64,000 bases of DNA from Eubacteriales bacterium (lineage in GTDB: Bacteria > Bacillota > Clostridia > Oscillospirales > UBA644), in the NCBI GenBank assembly GCA_045603745.1, contig JAZUMQ010000037.1:66224-130223 (forward strand), read 5' to 3'. How positions within the stretch are numbered: the first letter of the stretch is position 1; every line of letters begins with the position of its first letter. Below, in pieces: positions 25,701-34,665 of this stretch. A program made the position numbers and the translations under genes. A model generated the notes under the pieces. The model was given only the letters and a program-made list of their open reading frames with translations, was not told where the DNA came from and did not search any database.

Positions 25701-26339
25701 GACATGATCCGCGCTCTGGGACACGTAGACGTTTCTTCCATCGAAGAATACGCCGCCGTTAAAGAACGGCACGACAATTTGGCGGAACAGTTTGAAGACA
25801 TCAGCAAAGCAAAAGCCGAATTGGAAACCATGATCGCCGGGCTGGAAGAAGAAATGGCGAAAATTTTTGAAGAACAGTTACATACTATTAACGAAGCCTT
25901 TGCGGAGACCTTCAAAGAAATGTTCAACGGTGGGGAAGCAAAACTGCGTCTCGACGAACCGGATAACATTCTCGAATCGGGGGTTGAGATCTACGCCGCT
26001 CCTCCGGGAAAGATCATCAAAAACCTGGTTTCCCTTTCCGGCGGGGAACAAGCCTTGACCGCCATTGCTCTGTATTTCGCCATTTTGAAGATCAAACCCT
26101 CCCCCTTCTGTCTTTTGGACGAAATCGAAGCGGCGTTGGACGACGTCAACGTCGTCCGGTATGCTTCTTACCTCCATCGTCTCTCGACAAAGACCCAATT
26201 CGTCACCATCACCCACCGCCGGGGAACCATGGAAGAAGCGGACAAACTCTACGGCGTTACCATGGTCAACAAGGGAATTTCCCGGGTTATCGCCATTGAC
26301 GTAGACGAAGTAAGCCGCATGAATTTAGACAAGCAATAA
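22731..26339 (+). CDS. smc: chromosome segregation protein SMC
   Basis: 1202 aa. TTG start with GAGGG SD. LELQGFKSF ... GPNGSGKSN head, long coiled coils, hinge, and C-terminal LSGGEQ ... LLDEIEAALD. Confidence 0.95.
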   Translation: MPNETIAGTVLPENRLRRLELQGFKSFPDKTVIEFREGITAIVGPNGSGKSNIADALRWVLGETSTKTLRGAKMEDVIFNGTKERKPMGYAEVSIVLDNADHMFDIDYTEIVVTRRFYRSGDSEYLLNRAPVRLRDIRELFRDTGLGRDGYSVIGQGMITEIIKAKPADRRFLFEEAAGIAGLKFKKEESARKLHQAEENLVRVGDIITELADRLPSLEHKSKNARKFLDYSAEKKDLELFVWQKQSEKYAEDLGKAVEVKKTFDDQLEASSEYFARAEEKEEEQNQKIRQLSEAMDEEHRLKSETEAQAAGADAEILVLQNDLAHLKEEDERLRREDEQSDAMKAVLTEEKNRTLAAITTGEEIVRGLEAKITEVAARRDSSKKTEEDFGTQAGKRAEETAQKVAELTALRIRKASAEQSLSDVKAKLDDLALDEQDSEEKLASLKKAQKESKNEVDKFSSIINDNKNRLEGYRLRFENRKNQMEKKDAMLQELRIALSKKQSRLQLLSDMEKHFEGFNFAVRTVMQESQRGILKGEMATVASVITVDPKYAAAVEIALGAAIQNIITDDEQCAKAAMMMLKNKNAGRATFLPRTTIKGNRLTVKGLEEEEGYVGLGCDLIDYDKKYDSVMAFLLGRTAIAEDIDSALAISKRHDRTFRIVTLDGQVVNAGGSLTGGSLSKNTGILTRRNEIETLTEELAKQEESLKTAEGEWKALKDEVTDGERLIGEINAQSEAAQQNRIKAQAEYDNYASYIADVNRAKEERNLQREGLHLRQQELLTQMADFDKQTEELATAIAAGESSAKAAEEKLAQLKLEQEAIAEELHQIQLEILSEQKTIEQNKTTVASLEQRILDCGRSGDETRLQQEENRRKTDETNAAITAAEENKNALLKAVSDLADKIRTLADERSKVEAEQIRMRSEQKEIYDTRERLTRESERTQARIDQLTEANNAILARFWDEYELTLTEVIAMNLSFDLPTARKRAGELKDMIRALGHVDVSSIEEYAAVKERHDNLAEQFEDISKAKAELETMIAGLEEEMAKIFEEQLHTINEAFAETFKEMFNGGEAKLRLDEPDNILESGVEIYAAPPGKIIKNLVSLSGGEQALTAIALYFAILKIKPSPFCLLDEIEAALDDVNVVRYASYLHRLSTKTQFVTITHRRGTMEEADKLYGVTMVNKGISRVIAIDVDEVSRMNLDKQ

Positions 26340-26351
26340 AGGATTAATTTT

Positions 26352-27263
26352 ATGGGATTTTTTGAAAAAATCAAAGCAGGGCTGAAGCGCACCAAAGATT
26401 CCATCGGCGAAGGATTGAACGGCATTTTTGCCACCTTTCGCAAAGTCGACGAAGATCTGCTGGAAGAACTGGAAGAACTGCTGATTTTAGCCGACGTTGG
26501 ATTTGAAACCACCGAAAAGATCATTGACGCGTTGCGGAATCGGGCAAAGAAAGAAAACATTGATTCTGCCGAAAAGCTCCACAAGGCGCTGGAAGAAATT
26601 TTGGTGGAATTCATGGAAGGGGATCATTCCTTCCACCTTTCCACAAAACCCTCGGTTCTTTTGGTTGTTGGAGTCAACGGAGTCGGAAAAACCACGACCA
26701 TCGGAAAATATGCAAACAAACTGAAAAACGAAGGGAAATCCGTCTTGATCGCCGCCGCTGACACCTTCCGTGCCGCCGCCATCGAACAGTTGGAAGTGTG
26801 GGCGGATCGGGCAGAAGCACAGATCGTTCGCCACGCCGAAGGATCGGATCCCGCCGCCGTGGTCTACGACGGGATCAAAGCCGCCGAAAGCCGGGGGATT
26901 GACGTCCTGATCTGCGATACGGCGGGACGTCTTCACAACAAAAAGAACCTGATGGAAGAATTAAGCAAGATCATGCGGATCATCAATCGGGAACTGCCCG
27001 ACGCCGACAAAGAAGTCCTTTTGGTTCTCGACGCCACCACCGGAACCAATGCGGTGGAACAGGCGAAATATTTCAACGACGTCGTACCTCTGACCGGAAT
27101 CGTTTTGACCAAACTGGACGGAACGGCAAAGGGCGGAGTCACCTTGGCGGTCAAAGACGTGACCGGAATTCCCATCAAACTGGTTTGCGTGGGAGAACAG
27201 ATCGACGATCTGCAATATTTTGAACCGGAAGCCTTTGCAAAAGCACTCATTGAAAGCAACTGA
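26352..27263 (+). CDS. ftsY: signal recognition particle receptor FtsY
   Basis: 303 aa. MGFFEKIKAGLKRTK, GVNGVGKTTTIGK, DTAGR, TKLDGTAKGG. Confidence 0.95.
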   Translation: MGFFEKIKAGLKRTKDSIGEGLNGIFATFRKVDEDLLEELEELLILADVGFETTEKIIDALRNRAKKENIDSAEKLHKALEEILVEFMEGDHSFHLSTKPSVLLVVGVNGVGKTTTIGKYANKLKNEGKSVLIAAADTFRAAAIEQLEVWADRAEAQIVRHAEGSDPAAVVYDGIKAAESRGIDVLICDTAGRLHNKKNLMEELSKIMRIINRELPDADKEVLLVLDATTGTNAVEQAKYFNDVVPLTGIVLTKLDGTAKGGVTLAVKDVTGIPIKLVCVGEQIDDLQYFEPEAFAKALIESN

Positions 27264-27280
27264 TTTTTAGGAGAGAACTT

Positions 27281-27595
27281 ATGCTGACAAGCAAACAACG
27301 AGCCTACCTGAGAGGACTTGCCAATTCCATGAACGATCTGTTCCAAGTGGGAAAAGGCGGAATCACCGAAAACCTCATCACTCAAACCGACGAAGCGCTG
27401 GAAGCCCGGGAATTAATCAAGCTCCGGTGTCTGGAAACCGCCGGAATCACCAGCCGGGAAGCGGCGGATATTTTAGCCGACAAGTGCCGTGCCAATCCGG
27501 TGCAGGTTATTGGCAGTAAATTTATTTTGTACCGCCCCGCGTCCGACCCGAAAAAGCGGAAGATTGAACTTCCTGCGGAGAAAAAGAGAAAATGA
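27281..27595 (+). CDS. yhbY: YhbY-family (CRM domain) RNA-binding protein
   Basis: 104 aa. LTSKQRAYLRGLANSMNDLFQVGKGGITENL. Confidence 0.85.
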   Translation: MLTSKQRAYLRGLANSMNDLFQVGKGGITENLITQTDEALEARELIKLRCLETAGITSREAADILADKCRANPVQVIGSKFILYRPASDPKKRKIELPAEKKRK

Positions 27596-28794
27596 GCCGT
27601 ATCGGCATCTTTGGGGGAACCTTTGCCCCCTTTCACAAGGGACACAAACAAGCTTTGATCGCCTTTATAGACCTTGCGCAGATCGACACTTGCCTCGTCA
27701 TTCCTTCGGGAACCCCACCTCATAAGACGAAAACCGTACTTTTTACCGACGAGCAACGGCTTGCGATGACCAAGTGTGCCTGCGAAAGCATCGAAAAAGT
27801 CGCGGTCTGCGATTGGGAAATCCGCAAAGAAGGCAGAAGTTATACCTGCGAAACCTTGCACTGGCTGAAAGAACAATACCCCAACGATACTCTGATCTTG
27901 TACGTGGGGTCGGATATGTTACTGACCCTACAGGACTGGTATCGCCCGGAAGAAATTTTCGCTTTGGCTCAGATTGCCGCTTTTTCTCGCACGGGAACGG
28001 ATTTAGAAATCCTGAACACCCACGCCGAAACCCTGAAAAAACAATTTCCCAGGGCTGTCATCACCGTTTATCGGGAACCGCCCTTTGCCGTATCTTCCAC
28101 CGAAATTCGGGAAAAATGGGAACGGGGAGAAGATTTGTCTCCCCTGCTTCCTGCAGAAGTAAATCAATATTTAACGCTGCTGCGGTACGAAAATTTCTTG
28201 CGCACCCGATTGTCAGAGCATCGGTTTCGCCATTCTCTGGGGGTTATGAAAGAAGCGGAAACTCTGGCGAAGATCCATGGGGCAGATGCAAACAAAGCTC
28301 GAATTGCGGGGCTTTTGCACGATATGACCAAGGAATATTCCAAAGAAGAGCATTTTCGCCTTTTCGAGAAATATCGGGTTGAATTAGATGAAAATCTGAA
28401 AAACAACAAAAACCTTTGGCACGCCGTCTCCGCCTCGGTGGATATTACCGAAACTTTCGGCATCACCGACCCGGAAATCGCCTCGGCAATTCGTTATCAC
28501 ACCACCGGAAAGGCAAATATGACTTTGCTGGAGACGATCCTCTATATCGCGGATCTGACCGACGAAACGAGAGATTACGACGACGTGGACTTTTATCGCG
28601 CCCTTGCCCACGAAAACGTGGAAAAAGCCGCCTTGATCGCCATGAGTTGGTGCAAAGACGACGTGGAACGGCGGGGATTGGAAGTCCATAAAGATATGAT
28701 CGAAGGCATTGCATGGCTGACCGAACGATACCCCGACATTACCGAAGAAACCGAAAAAACACGCATGAAATACCCTATGAAAGGATCATTATAA
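27592..28794 (+). CDS. nadD: fused nicotinate-nucleotide adenylyltransferase NadD / HD-domain YqeK
   Basis: 400 aa. N-terminal half has GIFGGTFAPFHKGH (NadD). C-terminal half has RFRHSLGVMKEAETLA ... AGLLHDMTKE ... IRYHTTG (YqeK HD). One continuous ORF. Confidence 0.85.
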   Translation: MSRIGIFGGTFAPFHKGHKQALIAFIDLAQIDTCLVIPSGTPPHKTKTVLFTDEQRLAMTKCACESIEKVAVCDWEIRKEGRSYTCETLHWLKEQYPNDTLILYVGSDMLLTLQDWYRPEEIFALAQIAAFSRTGTDLEILNTHAETLKKQFPRAVITVYREPPFAVSSTEIREKWERGEDLSPLLPAEVNQYLTLLRYENFLRTRLSEHRFRHSLGVMKEAETLAKIHGADANKARIAGLLHDMTKEYSKEEHFRLFEKYRVELDENLKNNKNLWHAVSASVDITETFGITDPEIASAIRYHTTGKANMTLLETILYIADLTDETRDYDDVDFYRALAHENVEKAALIAMSWCKDDVERRGLEVHKDMIEGIAWLTERYPDITEETEKTRMKYPMKGSL

Positions 28795-29144
28795 TGGAAA
28801 ACACGCTGAAAACCATCGTTAAAGCATTGGACGAGAAAAAAGCCGTAGACATCAAAGTCTTAAAGATCGACGACATCACTTCCCTGTGCGATCATTTCGT
28901 CATCTGCAACGGCACGTCCACCACCCACGTCAAGACCCTTGCCGATGAATGTGAGGTTGCCACTGACAAAATCGGATTCAAGGTTCGCAACCGGGAAGGA
29001 ATGGACTCCGGCAGTTGGATCCTATTGGATTACGGCGACGTGATCGTTCATATTTACAACAAAGACACCCGGAACTTCTACAACTTGGAAAAAGTGTGGA
29101 AAGACGGAATTGAAATTGAAATCAACGACCTTTTGGAGGATTGA
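28794..29144 (+). CDS. rsfS: ribosome silencing factor RsfS
   Basis: 116 aa from ATG 28794 (ATAATG overlap with the nadD stop). DIKVLKIDDITSLCDHFVICNGTSTTH. Confidence 0.9.
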   Translation: MENTLKTIVKALDEKKAVDIKVLKIDDITSLCDHFVICNGTSTTHVKTLADECEVATDKIGFKVRNREGMDSGSWILLDYGDVIVHIYNKDTRNFYNLEKVWKDGIEIEINDLLED

Positions 29145-29149
29145 GCAAT

Positions 29150-31555
29150 ATGGAATACAATTTTTCCGAAATTGAAGCCAAATGGCAAAAAAAATGGGAA
29201 GAAACCGGCGCGTTTCACGCCGATGATCTTTCCGACAAAAAGAAATTCTACGCCTTGGTAGAATTCCCCTATCCCAGCGGCGCCGGAATGCACGTGGGAC
29301 ACATCAAAGCCTATTCCGGGCTGGAAGTCATCTCCCGGAAGCGTAGAATGGACGGCTATAACGTCATGTTCCCCATCGGATTTGACGCCTTCGGGCTTCC
29401 CACCGAAAACTACGCCATCAAAACCGGAACCCACCCCCGCACCGTCACTGACACCAACATCAAAAACTTTACCTCGCAGTTGAAGAGAGTCGGATTTTCC
29501 TTCGACTGGTCGAGAGTCATCGATACCACCGAGGAAGATTACTACAAATGGACTCAATGGATCTTTTTGAAGATGTTTGAGAACGGTCTTGCCTTCCGGG
29601 ACAAGACCTTGGTCAACTACTGTCCTTCCTGCAAAGTAGTTCTCTCCAACGAAGACTCCCAGGGAGGCAAATGCGACATCTGTCACAGCGACGTTATCCA
29701 AAAATCCAAGGACGTTTGGTATCTGCGGATTACCGAATACGCCGATAAATTGTTGCAGGGATTGGAACAGGTGGATTACCTGCCAAACGTAAAAATGCAA
29801 CAGGTCAACTGGATCGGCAAATCCACCGGTGCTTTCGTCAATTTCTCTTTGAAAGACACCGATGAAACCTTACGGATCTACACCACCCGCCCCGACACCT
29901 TATTCGGCGTGACCTTCATGGTCATGGCGCCCGAACACCCCTTGCTGGACAAATATCGGGATCGAATCGCCAACGCCGACGCATTGGACGCTTACCGCAC
30001 CGAATGTGCCAAAAAAACCGAATTTGAACGCACCCAGTTGGTCAAAGACAAGACCGGGGTGTGCATTGAAGGGCTTTCCGCCATCAACCCGGTCAACGGC
30101 AAGGAAATTCCAATCTACGTTGCCGACTACGTTATGATGGGCTACGGCACCGGAGCGATCATGGCAGTTCCCGCCCACGACGAGAGAGACTACGCCTTTG
30201 CCAAGAAATTCGGCATTGACATCATCGAAGTTATCAAGGGCGGAAACATGGAAGAAGGGGCATACACCGGCGACGGTGAAATGGTCAATTCCGACTTCTT
30301 GAACGGTCTTACCAATAAAAAAGATTCCATCGAAAAAATGGCGGCTTGGTTGTCCGAACAGGGCATCGGCGAAAAGGGCGTTCAGTATAAGATGAAAGAC
30401 TGGGCGTTCAACCGTCAGCGATATTGGGGAGAACCTATTCCCATCGTACATTGTCCCCACTGCGGAATGGTGGGCGTTCCCTACGATCAACTCCCCCTGC
30501 GTCTGCCCAAAGTAGAAAACTTTGAACCCGGCTCCGACGGAGAATCCCCCTTGGCGAAGATCGAAGAATACGTCAACTGCAAGTGCCCCAAGTGTGGCGC
30601 CGACGCAAAGCGGGAGACCGACACCATGCCCCAATGGGCAGGGTCTTCTTGGTACTTCCTGCGTTACATCGATCCGAACAATACCGAAGCCTTGGCTGAC
30701 CCCGAAAAATTGAAATATTGGCTTCCCGTAGACTGGTACAACGGGGGAATGGAACACGTGACCCGTCACATGATCTATTCTCGTTTCTGGCATCATTTCT
30801 TGTACGATCAAGGAATCGTTCCCACGGAAGAACCCTATGCCAAGCGTACCGCCCAAGGTCTGATTTTAGGACCTGACGGAGACAAGATGAGCAAATCCAA
30901 GGGCAACGTTGTCGACCCCAACGACGTGGTCAACGTTTACGGTGCCGACGTGTTGAGATTGTACGTTCTGTTTATGGGCGATTACGAAAAGGCCGCTCCC
31001 TGGTCGGAAAGCAGCGTCCGGGGTTGCAAACGCTACATCGACCGTGTCTGGAACTTGATGGAAAATATCACCGACGATCTGGGATATTCCGCTGAATTGG
31101 AATCTGCGTTCCACAAAACAATTCGTAAAGTCACGTCCGATATTGAAAACATGAAGTTCAACACCGCCATCGCCTCTTTGATGACGCTGATGAACGATAT
31201 TTCCGCAAAAGGAAGTATCACCAAGGGCGAATTGAAAACCTATCTTGCCCTGCTCAACCCCTTTGCGCCCCATATCACCGAAGAAATGTGGGAAATGGCG
31301 GGATTTGAAGGCATGATGGTCACCGCACCCTGGCCGGAATACGACGAAGCGAAAACCGTCGATAAGGAAATTGAAATTCCCGTTCAGATTTGCGGAAAAC
31401 TTCGCTCGGTTCTGAAGATTGCCGCCGACGCGGACAAAGACACCATTCTCGCCGCCGCAAAAGCGGATCCAAAGATTCTCCCCTACACCGAAGGAAAAAC
31501 CATCGTCAAGGAAATTTTCGTTCCAGGCAAGATGGTCAACCTGATCGTAAAATAA
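29150..31555 (+). CDS. leuS: leucine--tRNA ligase
   Basis: ATG 29150 lies 9 nt after GGAGGA. MEYNFSEIEAKWQKKW, HVGH, KMSKS. Confidence 0.95.
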   Translation: MEYNFSEIEAKWQKKWEETGAFHADDLSDKKKFYALVEFPYPSGAGMHVGHIKAYSGLEVISRKRRMDGYNVMFPIGFDAFGLPTENYAIKTGTHPRTVTDTNIKNFTSQLKRVGFSFDWSRVIDTTEEDYYKWTQWIFLKMFENGLAFRDKTLVNYCPSCKVVLSNEDSQGGKCDICHSDVIQKSKDVWYLRITEYADKLLQGLEQVDYLPNVKMQQVNWIGKSTGAFVNFSLKDTDETLRIYTTRPDTLFGVTFMVMAPEHPLLDKYRDRIANADALDAYRTECAKKTEFERTQLVKDKTGVCIEGLSAINPVNGKEIPIYVADYVMMGYGTGAIMAVPAHDERDYAFAKKFGIDIIEVIKGGNMEEGAYTGDGEMVNSDFLNGLTNKKDSIEKMAAWLSEQGIGEKGVQYKMKDWAFNRQRYWGEPIPIVHCPHCGMVGVPYDQLPLRLPKVENFEPGSDGESPLAKIEEYVNCKCPKCGADAKRETDTMPQWAGSSWYFLRYIDPNNTEALADPEKLKYWLPVDWYNGGMEHVTRHMIYSRFWHHFLYDQGIVPTEEPYAKRTAQGLILGPDGDKMSKSKGNVVDPNDVVNVYGADVLRLYVLFMGDYEKAAPWSESSVRGCKRYIDRVWNLMENITDDLGYSAELESAFHKTIRKVTSDIENMKFNTAIASLMTLMNDISAKGSITKGELKTYLALLNPFAPHITEEMWEMAGFEGMMVTAPWPEYDEAKTVDKEIEIPVQICGKLRSVLKIAADADKDTILAAAKADPKILPYTEGKTIVKEIFVPGKMVNLIVK

Positions 31556-31590
31556 TTCCTGCTGAAATTTAAAGAAAGGAGGAAACGCCC

Positions 31591-33783
31591 ATGCCAACCC
31601 TCTCCGGCATCATCGACAAGGTAATTTACAAGAACGGCGATAACGGTTATACCGTAGCGGTTCTGGAAACTCCCGACGGAGAAATTACCGTGGTAGGGCT
31701 TCTGCCCTTGGTGGCAGAGGGGGAACAGATCGAGGTCGAGGGCGAATACAAACTGAACCCGAAACACGGGCAACAGTTTGAAGTTTCCTCCTTTTTAAGC
31801 AGACTTCCGGTGGAAGAAACGGCAATTTTACGGTACTTATCTTCCGGCATCGTCAAAGGCGTTCGGGCAAAGACCGCCAAATTGTTGGTGGACGCCTTTG
31901 GTCCGAACACCTTGGACATTATTGAAAACGATCCGGAGCAGTTGGTACAGATTCGGGGGATTTCTCCGGAAAAAGCGGAAAAGATCTCCCAAAGCATGAA
32001 AGAAACGGTGGGCGTAAAAACCATTTTGCTCTATTTTCAGCAATTCGGCATGACCCCCTCCGTCGCGTTTAAAATTTACAAACAATTCGGACTTCGTGCC
32101 TACGACCTGGTTCGGCAAAATCCCTATCGTATCTGCGAAATTCAAGGAGTATCCTTTGAAAAGGCAGACCGTATGGCGGAGCAGATGGGCTTCGACCGAA
32201 CCTCGGATTGCCGCCTGAAAGCGGGCATTGAATACATCTTAAATCAGAATCTTTACAACAACGGACATACCTTTATTCCCAAACAGAAGTTGATTTCTTT
32301 CGGGGCAGAGTTTCTTGATACCGACCGGGAAACCATCGCCGATTGCATCGAAGATCTGTGTGCCCCCGGCGGAGATTTGCAATACGTTCCCAAAATCGGA
32401 AATACCGACGGCGTTTATCTTCGTTGGGTCTACGACAGTGAACGGAATATCACGAACCGCGTGCTTTTAGCATCTCGGCTGGGAAGCGAATATCCGGGGA
32501 ATTTCAACAAAGATATTGGAAAGATCGAGCGCGATCTGGACATCACCTTTGACGAAAAACAACGGAAAGCCGTCAAGGAATCCTGCTGTCATCAGATGAT
32601 GATCCTCACCGGAGGCCCGGGAACGGGAAAAACCACCACCCTCAACGGCATTATCCGAATTTTGGAAGCCAAAGGGGAAAAGGTGGGGCTTGCCACTCCC
32701 ACCGGTCGGGCGGCAAAACGAATTACGGAACTGACCGGCAGAGAAGCAAAAACCATTCACCGACTGTTGGAATATACCCAAACCGGAACGGAACGGTGTT
32801 TTCAGCGAAATCACGGCAATCCGCTGGAATACGACGCCATTGTCATCGACGAATGTTCCATGGTGGATTTGTGGCTCTTTGATCATCTTTTGGACGCATT
32901 ACCCCTCGCCTCCCGGCTGATTTTGGTGGGAGACGTCAATCAGTTGCCCCCCGTCGGTCCGGGGAGCGTTTTGAAGGATATTTTATCCAGCGATTGCGTG
33001 CCGTCGGTGGAGTTGACCGAGATTTTTCGGCAAGCCCGGGAAAGTTTGATCATCACCAACGCCCACGCCGTTTTGCATGGAGAAATGCCGGTACTGAACG
33101 AAACGAAAAAAGACTTTTTCTTTTTGCGATCGGAAAATCCCCTTTCCGCGGTACAGTTAGCCGTGGAATTGGCGGCAGAACGCCTTCCTAACGCCTACGA
33201 TTTTTCTCCGGCGACGGATATTCAGATTTTGTCCCCCACCCGCAAAGGTTTGGCGGGAACGGCAAATCTGAACCGGGAATTGCGGGAAAAGATCAACCCC
33301 GCCGCCTACAACAAAAAAGAATTGACCTTCCGAGATACCGTCTTCCGGGAGGGGGACAAAGTCATGCAGATCCGCAACAATTACGACCTTGTCACCGAAC
33401 GGGACGACGGGCATTTGGACGCGGGCATCTACAACGGAGACTTAGGCATCGTAGAAGCGGTGATTCCCGCCCAAGAGAGTATGATCGTTCGTTTTGACGA
33501 CAAGCGAGTCACTTATACCGGAGAGACCTTGGAAGAATTGGAACCGGCTTACGCCATCACCGTCCACAAAAGTCAGGGCAGTGAATTTAAGGCAGTGATT
33601 CTGATGGTCTCCGAAGGAGCGGACGTGTTGTTCACCCGAAACCTGCTTTACACCGCCATGACGAGAGCAAAACAGTTGCTTATTTTGGTGGGTTCTCCCG
33701 CCCGATTATCGTACATGATCGGCAACGTCACTGCCGACAAGCGGTACAGCGGATTGAAATTTATGTTGAAAAATTTAGGATAA
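31591..33783 (+). CDS. recD2: RecD2-type SF1B ATP-dependent DNA helicase
   Basis: 730 aa. N-terminal OB/HhH region, GGPGTGKTT Walker A, VIDECSMVD, and C-terminal YAITVHKSQGSE. Confidence 0.9.
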   Translation: MPTLSGIIDKVIYKNGDNGYTVAVLETPDGEITVVGLLPLVAEGEQIEVEGEYKLNPKHGQQFEVSSFLSRLPVEETAILRYLSSGIVKGVRAKTAKLLVDAFGPNTLDIIENDPEQLVQIRGISPEKAEKISQSMKETVGVKTILLYFQQFGMTPSVAFKIYKQFGLRAYDLVRQNPYRICEIQGVSFEKADRMAEQMGFDRTSDCRLKAGIEYILNQNLYNNGHTFIPKQKLISFGAEFLDTDRETIADCIEDLCAPGGDLQYVPKIGNTDGVYLRWVYDSERNITNRVLLASRLGSEYPGNFNKDIGKIERDLDITFDEKQRKAVKESCCHQMMILTGGPGTGKTTTLNGIIRILEAKGEKVGLATPTGRAAKRITELTGREAKTIHRLLEYTQTGTERCFQRNHGNPLEYDAIVIDECSMVDLWLFDHLLDALPLASRLILVGDVNQLPPVGPGSVLKDILSSDCVPSVELTEIFRQARESLIITNAHAVLHGEMPVLNETKKDFFFLRSENPLSAVQLAVELAAERLPNAYDFSPATDIQILSPTRKGLAGTANLNRELREKINPAAYNKKELTFRDTVFREGDKVMQIRNNYDLVTERDDGHLDAGIYNGDLGIVEAVIPAQESMIVRFDDKRVTYTGETLEELEPAYAITVHKSQGSEFKAVILMVSEGADVLFTRNLLYTAMTRAKQLLILVGSPARLSYMIGNVTADKRYSGLKFMLKNLG

Positions 33784-33787
33784 CGCT

Positions 33788-34621
33788 ATGGACTTAACAA
33801 ACCCGACCCAAATCAAAAACCTGTTGGAACGGCACAATTTTCATTTTTCCAAAACCTTTGGGCAAAATTTTCTTATCACGCAACGGATTCCGGAAAGAAT
33901 CGCCGAATCGGCTCAAATTGATGAGAATACTACCGTTCTGGAAATCGGTCCGGGCATCGGTTGTCTGACCCAATGCCTTGCAAAACGGGCAAAAAAAGTG
34001 GTCACCGTAGAAATCGACGACCGCCTGATCCCCATCTTACAAGAAACCTTGGGATCCTTCGACAACGTGCAGGTGATCCACAACGATATTTTGAAAACCG
34101 ACCTGGAAACCTTGTTTGCCGGGGAAGAAAAATTGGCGGTCTGCGCCAATCTTCCTTACAACATTACAACCCCGATTTTGGTCTATCTTTTGGAAAGCGG
34201 ATTGCACTTTGAATCCATCACCGTAATGGTGCAAAAAGAAGTGGCACAACGGTTTTGTGCGGAAAAAGGAAGCAAGGATTACGGTGCCATCACACTGTTT
34301 TTAAATTATTATACCAAGCCCAAAATGTTATTTCCCGTCGCCGCCGGCAACTTTTTGCCCAAGCCTCGGGTAGACTCTGCGGTGTTGCGCCTGCAAGCCA
34401 TCGACCCACCGGTGGACACCGACCCGAAAGAATTGTTCCGCATTATCCGGGGCGCATTCTCCATGCGGCGCAAGACCCTGCAAAACACCTTGGCGTCCAT
34501 CGGGATCTCCAAAGAAACTACGGCAACTGCATTAGCAACGTTATCCCTCTCTCCTTCCGCCCGGGGGGAAGAACTGGGACTAAAAGAATACGCCGCACTG
34601 GTGGAAGAATTGAAGAAATAA
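33788..34621 (+). CDS. rsmA: 16S rRNA (adenine1518/1519-N6)-dimethyltransferase
   Basis: 277 aa. FSKTFGQNFL ... VLEIGPGIGCLT ... NLPYNITTPIL. Confidence 0.95.
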   Translation: MDLTNPTQIKNLLERHNFHFSKTFGQNFLITQRIPERIAESAQIDENTTVLEIGPGIGCLTQCLAKRAKKVVTVEIDDRLIPILQETLGSFDNVQVIHNDILKTDLETLFAGEEKLAVCANLPYNITTPILVYLLESGLHFESITVMVQKEVAQRFCAEKGSKDYGAITLFLNYYTKPKMLFPVAAGNFLPKPRVDSAVLRLQAIDPPVDTDPKELFRIIRGAFSMRRKTLQNTLASIGISKETTATALATLSLSPSARGEELGLKEYAALVEELKK

Positions 34622-34622
34622 A

Positions 34623-34665
34623 GAATCTCGCAGAAATTTTTCTGCGAGATTCGTTTCATTTATTT
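34623..34665. terminator. bidirectional intrinsic terminator
   Basis: Near-perfect inverted repeat GAATCTCGCAGAAA / TTTCTGCGAGATTC, then a T-rich tract. Sits between convergent genes. Confidence 0.75.

Noticed and set aside
29100-29152. T-box leader expected upstream of leuS
   Set aside because: leuS starts 6 nt after the rsfS stop, so there is no room for a ~200-nt T-box. The gene is translationally linked to the upstream operon.
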